Shown piece by piece: positions 18,051-25,406 of a stretch of 56,264 nt of DNA. The notes below the pieces were generated by a model. The model was not told where the DNA came from. It ran no database searches and was given only the letters and a program-made list of their open reading frames with translations. Where the stretch lies: assembly GCA_947463235.1 (NCBI GenBank), contig CANHST010000001.1, positions 1 through 56,264 on the forward strand, given 5' to 3'. The position numbers and the translations under genes are program-made. Position 1 is the stretch's first letter. Each line of letters begins with the position of its first letter. The stretch comes from Acidimicrobiaceae bacterium (GTDB lineage Bacteria > Actinomycetota > Acidimicrobiia > Acidimicrobiales > Ilumatobacteraceae).

Positions 18051-19394
18051 TCAGGTGGCAAAGAAGACGTTCTTCAGCTCGGTGTAGTGATCCAGCACGT
18101 GCATGCTGTGCTCGCGGCCAAGGCCGCTCTGCTTGAAACCACCGAACGGCGTGCTGTAGCGCACCGACGAGTTCGAGTTCACGCTCAAGGTGCCTGCCTC
18201 CATCGCGCGCACGACGCGGATGGCCTTAGAGCCGTCCTGCGTCCAGACCGAACCCGACAGGCCATAGTCGCTGTCGTTGCAGATGCGGATGGCATCGGCT
18301 TCGTCGTCGAACGGGATGACCACCACGACCGGACCGAACACTTCTTCGTGACAGATCGGGTCGGCATAGTCGGGCGCCGCGATCATCACCGGGTGCCAGT
18401 AGCCGGGACCGCTGGGCACGTCGCCCGTGAACACGGTCTCGAGGCCATCGGTGTACGTCTTCACTCGAGCAAGATGATCTGCCGTGACCAGTGGCCCCAT
18501 CGCCGTGGCGGGGTCCATCGGGTCGCCCACGGTGAAGGCCTTCGCCGCATCGATGAACAGTTCCATGAAACGGTCGTATGCGCTGCGTTGCACCAGCACA
18601 CGACTGCGGGCGCAGCAGTCTTGGCCCGAGTTGTCGAAGACGGCACCCGGCGCCGACGCTGCGGCCTTCTCGAGGTCCGCGTCGGCAAAGACGATGTTGG
18701 CGCTCTTGCCGCCGAGTTCCAGCGTCAGTCGCTTCACTTGGTCGGCGCATCCCTGCATGAGGCGCTTGCCCACGGCGGTGGACCCGGTGAACGCCACCTT
18801 GCGCACATCGGGGTGTTCCACGAGGCGCCAGCCCACGGTGGAGCCAGGGCCGACCACCACGTTCAGCACGCCTTCGGGGATGCCGGCCTCCAGCGCCAGT
18901 TCGCCGATGCGCACGGTGCTGAGCGGTGTGATCTCGGCCGGCTTCAGCACGGCGGTGTTGCCCGCCGCGAGCGCGGGCCCGATCTTCCACGACGCCATCA
19001 GCATCGGGAAGTTCCAAGGGGTGATGAGGCCAACCACACCGAGCGGCTCGTGAAACGTGACGTCGATGCCGCCAGCCACCGGAATGCTCGAACCCGTGTG
19101 CTTCTCCACCGCTCCGGCGAAGTAGTGCAACACGTCGGACACCGCATTCGCACACCACCGTGCGCTGCCGATGGGCATGCCCATGTTCTGGGTCTCCAGC
19201 AGCGCCAACTCATCGACGTGCTCGGCCACCTTGTCGGCGAACCGGCGCATCAGTCGAGCGCGATCGGCGGGGGCCATCGCCCGCCATGCCGGCCCTGCGG
19301 CCTTCGCCTTCGCTACGGCCGCATCGACGTCGTCGACGGTGGCGTGACGGAACTCGTGGATCACTTCTTCGGTCGCCGGGTTGCGCAGGATCAT
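18051..19394 (-). CDS. NAD(P)-dependent aldehyde dehydrogenase
   Basis: Start trimmed to ATG 19392-19394 (MILRNPATEEVI). ALDH motifs ELGGKSANIVF (catalytic Glu) and GQDCCARSR (catalytic Cys), plus PFGGFKQSGLGRE. Confidence 0.88.
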   Translation of the reverse strand: MILRNPATEEVIHEFRHATVDDVDAAVAKAKAAGPAWRAMAPADRARLMRRFADKVAEHVDELALLETQNMGMPIGSARWCANAVSDVLHYFAGAVEKHTGSSIPVAGGIDVTFHEPLGVVGLITPWNFPMLMASWKIGPALAAGNTAVLKPAEITPLSTVRIGELALEAGIPEGVLNVVVGPGSTVGWRLVEHPDVRKVAFTGSTAVGKRLMQGCADQVKRLTLELGGKSANIVFADADLEKAAASAPGAVFDNSGQDCCARSRVLVQRSAYDRFMELFIDAAKAFTVGDPMDPATAMGPLVTADHLARVKTYTDGLETVFTGDVPSGPGYWHPVMIAAPDYADPICHEEVFGPVVVVIPFDDEADAIRICNDSDYGLSGSVWTQDGSKAIRVVRAMEAGTLSVNSNSSVRYSTPFGGFKQSGLGREHSMHVLDHYTELKNVFFAT

Positions 19395-19449
19395 GATGTC
19401 GGACACAGGTTGGAGGGTAGCGGGCGACCGTGCGTCAGAATGGTGGCCG

Positions 19450-20172
19450 ATGAGCACCCCGCCTCCCCTGATTGCCCTGTGCGCCCGAACCCTCACCTTC
19501 TCCGACGAAGGCAAGCGCGACGCGTTCAGCAGCAGCCAGCCATACAGCCGTGCGGTGGCACGCGCCGGTGGGGTGCCGGTGCTCGTGCCGCCGATCAAGG
19601 AACTGGCGCAGAACGCCCTCACCGTGCTGCAGCATTTCGATGGGGTGCTGCTGCCGGGGGGCGGCGACGTCGACCCGCGTCGTTACGGCCAGGAACCCGA
19701 CGACGACACGCTGTACGGCATCGTGCCGGTGCACGACGACCTCGACATCGCCGTCTGCCTGGCCGCCATCGAACTCGACCTTCCCATGCTGGCGCTGTGC
19801 CGGGGCATGCAGGTGCTGAACGTGGCACTGGGCGGCACGCTGGTGCAGGACATCGGCAACAGCGACCACTGGATGCGTGAGCACACCGTGCAACTTCTCG
19901 ACGGCAGCAAGTTGGCGATGGCCACCGGCACCACGGACCTGGAGCACTGTCACTCGGTGCACCACCAGGGCGTGGGCGATCTCGCATCGCCGCTCGTACC
20001 CGTCGGATGGGCGCCCGATGGCCAACTCGAGGCTGTGGAGCTCCCAACCGCCAGTTGGGTGGTCGGCGCACAGTGGCACCCGGAAGACACCGCTCCGCAC
20101 AAGCCGCAACAACAGGCCATCTACGACGAACTCGTCCGACGCGCCGCAGCCCGCGCGGCATCGACTGCCTAG
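19450..20172 (+). CDS. gamma-glutamyl-amine hydrolase family (peptidase C26, PuuD-like), copy 1
   Basis: Motifs LPGGGDVDPRRYG, LALCRGMQVLNVALGGTL (Cys nucleophile) and AQWHPE. Start at ATG 19450 is uncertain. Confidence 0.8.
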   Translation: MSTPPPLIALCARTLTFSDEGKRDAFSSSQPYSRAVARAGGVPVLVPPIKELAQNALTVLQHFDGVLLPGGGDVDPRRYGQEPDDDTLYGIVPVHDDLDIAVCLAAIELDLPMLALCRGMQVLNVALGGTLVQDIGNSDHWMREHTVQLLDGSKLAMATGTTDLEHCHSVHHQGVGDLASPLVPVGWAPDGQLEAVELPTASWVVGAQWHPEDTAPHKPQQQAIYDELVRRAAARAASTA

Positions 20173-20181
20173 GCTGATCTC

Positions 20182-20871
20182 GTGACTCCGCTCGTCCTCA
20201 TCGTCGGTCGCGTTTCGCCGGAAGCGAAGAACGTTCGCGGCGAGCCCTTCGCCGCCGGTCGCCGTTACTTTCACGCGGCTGCCCGTGCTGGCGGCGTTCC
20301 GCTGATGCTGCCCCCGATTCTCGACCTGGTCGACGACATCCCCGACCTCATGCGTCGAGTCGACGCCGTCGTCCTGCATGGTGGTGGCGACGTCGACCCG
20401 CGCCATTACGGGCAAGAGCCGACGGCCGATCAGCTCTACGGCATCGTGGAAGAGCACGATGAGGTGGAGTTGGCCGTGGTGCGCGCCGCGCTGGAACTCG
20501 ACGTGCCCACCCTGGCCATCTGCCGAGGCATGCAGGTGTTGAACGTGGCGATGGGTGGCACGTTGCAGCAACACATCGGCAGCGAAGACCACTGGTTCGA
20601 ATACACCCATGTGGAACTCGAGCCCGGTTCACGCATCGCCACGGCCATCGGGAACGCCAACGTGGCGTCGTGCCACTGCGTGCACCATCAGGCCCTCGAC
20701 GTGATCGCCGCCGGCCTCCACGTCACCGGCCACACGCACGACGGGATCGTGCACGCGGCCGAAGTGTCGGATGCCACCTGGATCGTCGCCACGCAGTGGC
20801 ACCCCGAGGACTCGGCCGACAACGATCCGCAGCAGCAGGCCCTCTTCAACGCCCTGCTCCGCCACACCTGA
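20182..20871 (+). CDS. gamma-glutamyl-amine hydrolase family (peptidase C26, PuuD-like), copy 2
   Basis: GTG start at 20182. Same motifs as copy 1: LHGGGDVDPRHYG, LAICRGMQVLNVAMGGTL, TQWHPE. A clear tandem paralog. Confidence 0.82.
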   Translation: MTPLVLIVGRVSPEAKNVRGEPFAAGRRYFHAAARAGGVPLMLPPILDLVDDIPDLMRRVDAVVLHGGGDVDPRHYGQEPTADQLYGIVEEHDEVELAVVRAALELDVPTLAICRGMQVLNVAMGGTLQQHIGSEDHWFEYTHVELEPGSRIATAIGNANVASCHCVHHQALDVIAAGLHVTGHTHDGIVHAAEVSDATWIVATQWHPEDSADNDPQQQALFNALLRHT

Positions 20872-20874
20872 CCC

Positions 20875-21046
20875 CCCGCCGCCGCCGCCACAGCCGCCGC
20901 CGCCGACTCCCGGGCCACCCAGAGCCACCGCCGCCACCTCCCGCGCCACCCAGAGCCGCCGCCGCCACCTCCCGGGCCACCGACTCCAGGGCCACCGACT
21001 GCCACCCAGAGCCGCCACCACCACCCAGAGCCACCGACTCCAGGTC
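20875..21046. repeat. C-rich mosaic tandem repeat (top strand)
   Basis: ccacccagagcc occurs at 20915, 20946, 21002 and 21021. ccaccgactccagg occurs at 20977 and 21031, with a partial copy at 20991. A 31-nt unit is repeated at 20915/20946. The region fills the gap between the puuD-like stop and the left inverted repeat. Confidence 0.8.
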
Positions 21047-21135
21047 GGGTCCGATTTGCGCCATTCCTGGCACGTTCCGGACCCACGGGTCCGAGATGAG
21101 CCACCAGTGGCACATTGCGTACCCGTGGGTCCGAA
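21047..21135. repeat. left inverted-repeat arm with two GGACCC-N2-GGGTCC-type palindromes
   Basis: Sequence: gggtccgatttgcgccattcctggcacgttccGGACCCACGGGTCCgagatgagccaccagtggcacattgcgTACCCGTGGGTCCgaa. Confidence 0.8.
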
Positions 21136-21222
21136 GTACGCCACTTACGAAGACGATGAGACCACCGATATGGTCCACCGAACGACTCCCCCGTCACCGT
21201 TCCCCGACTTGGGAGGTTCGAC

Positions 21223-22146
21223 ATGGCGAGTTGGCAACACGCCGTCGACGAGTGGCTACGCACTCATCACGGCATCATCGGCCCGAGCGGCCTCGATCAG
21301 AGCGGCATGCCGCTGCGCACAGCCCACCGCTGGGCCGACGACGGGCGCTTTGAGCGACTCATGCCTGGTGTCTTCAAGAGCAGACAGTGGCCCGACTCAC
21401 TCGAGCAGCGGTGCGCTGCGGCATGCGCGCGAAACGAACGAGCCGTCATCAGCTTCACCACCGGAGTTCGGCTCTGGCATCTGCGCCGCGCTCGCGTGAA
21501 CGGTGTCCACGTTCTGATCGACCACGGCACCACGCCCGAGATTCCGGGCATCATCGTCCATCGCTGCCGACGGATCGATTCAGTCGATGTGGTCGAACGA
21601 ACCGACGGGATCCGACTCGCCAGCCCGCCGAGGGCGCTCTTCGACGCCGCCGACATGCTGGGGTTCGACGCGACACGTTCAGCGCTGGAACAGATTCTGA
21701 ACGAGCGCCTCTGCACCATCGACACGGTCGTCGACACGGTGGCTCGGCTCTACCACCCGAATCGTCCAGGTGCCCGCACGATGCTCGACGTGGTCGCTTC
21801 GCGGCCAAAGTGGCAGCGGGCCTTGCAGTCAGATCTGGAGCTGAAGGTGCTGCAGGAGATCGAACGGCAGCAACTCCCGGCGCCCGTGCCCCAGTGTCTG
21901 CTCACGCTCCCCGACGGCACACCTATCCACCTCGACTTCGGCTGGCCCGATTGGAAGGTAGGTCTGGAGGTCGACGATCCGGCATGGCATGCCGGCGCAG
22001 CCGAGCAGCAACGCGACCACCGACGCGACCGCAAGGCCACCCTGCTCGGCTGGCTGGTTCTGCGCGTTGCTCGCCTCGACGTGGAAGGTCCGCTGCGCGA
22101 GGCAATCGGCGATGTCGCCGAGGTCATTCGACAACGCGCATCGTGA
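21223..22146 (+). CDS. DUF559 (Vsr/MutH-like endonuclease fold) protein with AbiEi-like N-terminal wHTH domain
   Basis: 307 aa. ATG is preceded by GGGAGG at 6 nt. The N-terminus (LRTHHGIIGPSGLDQSGMPLRTAHRWADDGRFERLMPGVF) matches the AbiEi_4-type domain. The C-terminus (HLDFGWPDWKVGLEVDDPAWHAG..RDRKATLLGWLVLRV) matches the DUF559 core common in actinobacteria. Both calls are recognition from memory, not a search. Confidence 0.75.
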   Translation: MASWQHAVDEWLRTHHGIIGPSGLDQSGMPLRTAHRWADDGRFERLMPGVFKSRQWPDSLEQRCAAACARNERAVISFTTGVRLWHLRRARVNGVHVLIDHGTTPEIPGIIVHRCRRIDSVDVVERTDGIRLASPPRALFDAADMLGFDATRSALEQILNERLCTIDTVVDTVARLYHPNRPGARTMLDVVASRPKWQRALQSDLELKVLQEIERQQLPAPVPQCLLTLPDGTPIHLDFGWPDWKVGLEVDDPAWHAGAAEQQRDHRRDRKATLLGWLVLRVARLDVEGPLREAIGDVAEVIRQRAS

Positions 22147-22151
22147 CTGAA

Positions 22152-22240
22152 TTCGGACCCACGGGTCCGCAGTGAGTCATTGTTGGCGCATTGCGGACCC
22201 GTGGGTCCGGAACGCGCCAACAATGGCGCGAAACGGACCC
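22152..22240. repeat. right inverted-repeat arm with two GGACCC-N2-GGGTCC palindromes and a 48-nt compound hairpin
   Basis: Sequence: ttcGGACCCACGGGTCCgcagtgagtcattgttggcgcattgcGGACCCGTGGGTCCggaacgcgccaacaatggcgcgaaacggaccc. The perfect 12-bp outer stem cattgttggcgc / gcgccaacaatg (22178-22189 and 22214-22225) encloses the second palindrome. Confidence 0.8.
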
Positions 22241-22245
22241 AACCC

Positions 22246-22357
22246 GGCGCGGCGCGGTGCTGGCGCGGCGAGGCGCTGGCGCGGCGCGGTGCTCGCGCGG
22301 CGCGGTGCTGGCGCGGCGAAGCGCTGGCGAGGCACTGGCGAGGCACGGCGAGGTGCT
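22246..22357. repeat. G-rich 16-nt tandem repeat (5 units) decaying into 10-11-nt units
   Basis: ggcgcggcgcggtgct-type units at 22246, 22262, 22278, 22294 and 22310. These are followed by ggcgaggcact, ggcgaggcac and ggcgaggtgct. The array lies between the right inverted repeat and the nuoN-2 stop. Confidence 0.85.
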
Positions 22358-22380
22358 GGGCCTGACCCGGGGGAGGCGGG

Positions 22381-23886
22381 TTAGGGGGCGAGGTTGATGA
22401 GCCAGCCGGGGAAGAACCCGACGAACAGCGTGAACGCCACCGAGAGGGTGATGGCCACCGTGAGGTACGCCGGCAAGCGCACTTCCTCGCGCTGGTCGTC
22501 GCCGGCTTCGGGCTCGGCGATCCACATTGAGATCATGATCCGCAGGTACAAGAACGCTGCGATCACTGCGGCCACCATCGCCACGACGGCGACGGAGTAG
22601 CTCTTGGCTTCCACAGCGGCACGGATGACGCCGAACTTGGCCACGAAACCGCTCGTAAGCGGAACACCCGCCTGCGCCAGCAGCAGGATGGTCATGCCGA
22701 AGGCCAGCATCGGCCGACTGCGGCCAAGGCCACGGAAGGCAGCCAGGTCGGTGGCGTTGTCGCCGGTACGGCTGACCGCAGTGACGATGCCGAAGGTACC
22801 CATCACGAGCACGGTGTAAATGAGCGTGTACAGCAACACCGACGAACGACCATCGTTGCTGGGGCCGCCGGCAGCGTGCGCCGCAGCCTCCACGCCCACG
22901 AGCATGAAACCGGCGTGGCTGATGCTGGAGAACGCCAACATGCGCTTCACGTTGGTCTGCACGACCGCCATGATCGAGCCGCCGAAGACGGTGAGGATGG
23001 CGAGCAGCCAGAGAACCGGACGGTAATCCCGGCTGAAGTTGGGCAGACCCTGCAGCAGCACTCGCAGCATCGCCGCGAACGCCGCGGCCTTCGCTGCCGA
23101 CGCCATGAACGCCGTCACCGGGGTGGGCGAACCTTCATACACGTCGGGAGTCCAGAAGTGGAACGGCACCGCCGCCACCTTGAACGCCAGACCCACCACG
23201 AGCAGGGCCACACCGGCCAAGAGGATCGCGTCGTCGCTGCCCTTCGTGGGCACAGTGGTGGCGAGTGCACGGAGCATCGCGTCGAAGTTCGTGCTGCCCG
23301 TACCGCCATAGATCAGGGCGATGCCGTAGAGGAAGATGGCCGATGAGAAGCCGCCGAGCACGAAGTACTTGAGGCCGGCTTCCTGGCTGCGCAGACGCTT
23401 GCGGTGGCTCGCAGCGAGCACATACAGCGTGATCGACAGGATCTCGAGACCGAGGAACAACACCACGAGATCGTTCGACGCCGCCATCACGATGCCGCCG
23501 ATGGCAGCCAGCATGAATAGGGCGTAGACCTCAGGACCTTCGAGGCCCTCGCGGCGCAGGTAGTCGTCGCTCAGCAGCGACGCCAGGAACACCGCGAGAC
23601 CGATGGTGAGCGTGACCCAGATGGTCATCTTGTCGAAGTGGACCGCGCCACCCACGAGGGTGGAAGGTCCGTCGACGTCGATGCGATGCCACAGCGGGAA
23701 GCACAGACCGATGGTGGCCAGCGCAACGACTGCGGAGAACGACGAATAGCAACGCTTCGGCCACTGCGGGGTGAGCGCAGCAACAACCAACAACACCATG
23801 GCACCGCCCAGCAGCACCAGCAGTGGGCTGAGGTCGAACCAGGCGATGCTGGGTCCTTTCAGCGTCTCGGCGGCGAGGACGCCCAT
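22381..23886 (-). CDS. nuoN: NADH-quinone oxidoreductase subunit N (14-subunit operon)
   Basis: 501-aa antiporter-like membrane protein with FHFWTPDVYEGSPTPVTAF. Last gene of the string. Confidence 0.93.
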   Translation of the reverse strand: MGVLAAETLKGPSIAWFDLSPLLVLLGGAMVLLVVAALTPQWPKRCYSSFSAVVALATIGLCFPLWHRIDVDGPSTLVGGAVHFDKMTIWVTLTIGLAVFLASLLSDDYLRREGLEGPEVYALFMLAAIGGIVMAASNDLVVLFLGLEILSITLYVLAASHRKRLRSQEAGLKYFVLGGFSSAIFLYGIALIYGGTGSTNFDAMLRALATTVPTKGSDDAILLAGVALLVVGLAFKVAAVPFHFWTPDVYEGSPTPVTAFMASAAKAAAFAAMLRVLLQGLPNFSRDYRPVLWLLAILTVFGGSIMAVVQTNVKRMLAFSSISHAGFMLVGVEAAAHAAGGPSNDGRSSVLLYTLIYTVLVMGTFGIVTAVSRTGDNATDLAAFRGLGRSRPMLAFGMTILLLAQAGVPLTSGFVAKFGVIRAAVEAKSYSVAVVAMVAAVIAAFLYLRIMISMWIAEPEAGDDQREEVRLPAYLTVAITLSVAFTLFVGFFPGWLINLAP

Positions 23887-25406
23887 CAGCCTTCTCCCTT
23901 TTCAACGACCGGCACCTGCCAGGACGAGTGCTGCGAGACGTGCTCGAGCAACTTGTCGACCGACGGCTCGATGCGATCGAGCATCGGCTTGGGGTACACA
24001 CCGGCGAACACGATGATGGCAATGAAGGGCAGCAGCAACATGCCCTCCTTCCAGCGGAGCTCCCGGAAGCTCTTGTTGTCGTCGTCGGGCTCGCCGTGGA
24101 AGACACGCTGATAGGCCCAGAGCAGATACAGCGCAGCGAGGATCACACCGACGGCCGCCACCACCACCCACCAGCGGGCGGTGGCGAAGGAACCGATCAG
24201 CACGAGGAACTCGCCGACGAAACCGTTCAGTCCGGGCACGCCGATGCTCGAGAGCATCACGATCATGAAGGCAGCAGCGAACACCGGCGCCACCTTCTGC
24301 AGGCCCTTGAGCTTGGCGATCTCACGAGTGTGACGCCGTTCGTAGATCATGCCCACGAGAAGGAACAACGCACCGGTGCTGATGCCGTGGTTGATGTTCT
24401 GCATCACGCCACCGGTGATGGCCTGCGACGTGAGAGCGAACGTGCCGAGCACGATGAATCCGAGGTGCGCCACCGAGGAGTACGCGACCAAACGCTTGAG
24501 GTCGGTCTGCATCGTTGCGGCGATGGCCCCCCAGAGGATGCCGATGGTGGCGAGCGTGAGGAACACCGGACGGGCCCACACTGCGGCCTCGGGAAACAGA
24601 TACACGCCGAAGCGGAGCAGACCGTAGGTGCCGAGCTTCAGCAGCACACCGGCGAGGATGACCGAGCCACCCGTGGGCGCCTGGGTATGCGCATCGGGCA
24701 ACCACGTGTGCAGCGGGAACAAGGGAACCTTCACGGCGAAGGCGATGGCGAAGGCAAAGAACAACCATCGGCCGGTGCCCGCAGCGAATGAACCATTCTC
24801 GGCAATCTTGATGAGGTCGAACGTGACCGCACCGTTGTCGGCCTTGGCGATGATGGCCGTCGCGATGATGCCGACGAGCATGAACGCCGAACCGACCATC
24901 GTGAAGAGGAAGAACTTGGTGGCCGCGTAGACCCGATCGTCGTAGCCCCAGCCCCCGATGAGGAAGTACATCGGCACGAGGACGATCTCGAAGAACACGA
25001 AGAACAGGAACAGGTCGAGACTGATGAAGCTGCCCATCACGCCCGCCTCGAGCAAGAGCATCCACGACAGGTAGCGCTTGTGATCGTGATGCGGGTCGAC
25101 GCCAGCGATGACCAATGGGAACAGGATGCCGGTGAGCACCACCAGGAAGATGGAGATGCCATCCACGCCGAGGTGCCACGAGATACCCCACTCCTTGATC
25201 CAGGAGTGCTGGCTGACGAACTGGAACCCACTGTCGGCCTTCTTGAAGGCGAACAACGTCCAGAGTGCCATGCCGCCGGTGAGCACGCTCGTGAGCAGCG
25301 CGACGACCTTCACCAGGTCGGGCTGTCGGTTGGAAATGAGCGCGACCACCAGCGAACCGATGGCCGGCACCAAGACCAGCAGCGTGAGAATGGGGAAGTC
25401 GATCAC
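23886..25406 (-). CDS. nuoM: NADH-quinone oxidoreductase subunit M
   Basis: 506 aa with LHTWLPDAHTQAPTGGSVILAG. 1-nt overlap with nuoN. Confidence 0.93.
   Translation of the reverse strand: MIDFPILTLLVLVPAIGSLVVALISNRQPDLVKVVALLTSVLTGGMALWTLFAFKKADSGFQFVSQHSWIKEWGISWHLGVDGISIFLVVLTGILFPLVIAGVDPHHDHKRYLSWMLLLEAGVMGSFISLDLFLFFVFFEIVLVPMYFLIGGWGYDDRVYAATKFFLFTMVGSAFMLVGIIATAIIAKADNGAVTFDLIKIAENGSFAAGTGRWLFFAFAIAFAVKVPLFPLHTWLPDAHTQAPTGGSVILAGVLLKLGTYGLLRFGVYLFPEAAVWARPVFLTLATIGILWGAIAATMQTDLKRLVAYSSVAHLGFIVLGTFALTSQAITGGVMQNINHGISTGALFLLVGMIYERRHTREIAKLKGLQKVAPVFAAAFMIVMLSSIGVPGLNGFVGEFLVLIGSFATARWWVVVAAVGVILAALYLLWAYQRVFHGEPDDDNKSFRELRWKEGMLLLPFIAIIVFAGVYPKPMLDRIEPSVDKLLEHVSQHSSWQVPVVEKGEG

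Larger units (their letters stand above)
21047..22240 (+). mobile_element. candidate 1.2-kb insertion-like unit: DUF559 endonuclease gene bracketed by about 89-bp imperfect inverted repeats
   Basis: The reverse complement of 22152..22240 aligns gap-free to 21047..21135 with 75 of 89 matches by my manual alignment. A single ORF lies between the arms. No target-site duplication is recognisable. Confidence 0.45.

Noticed and set aside
20771-21499. Pro/Arg-rich ORFs crossing the C-rich repeat and inverted-repeat arm. Examples: 20771..21499 (+), 20670..21353 (+), 20688..21263 (-), and 22124..22525 (-) on the other side.
   Set aside because: They read through tandem repeats and palindromes in several overlapping frames, and they collide with the well-supported DUF559 ORF and its RBS. 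No start context or motifs.
22246-22357. Possible CRISPR array.
   Set aside because: The units are contiguous 16-nt tandem repeats with no unique spacers, and no cas genes are in the window.
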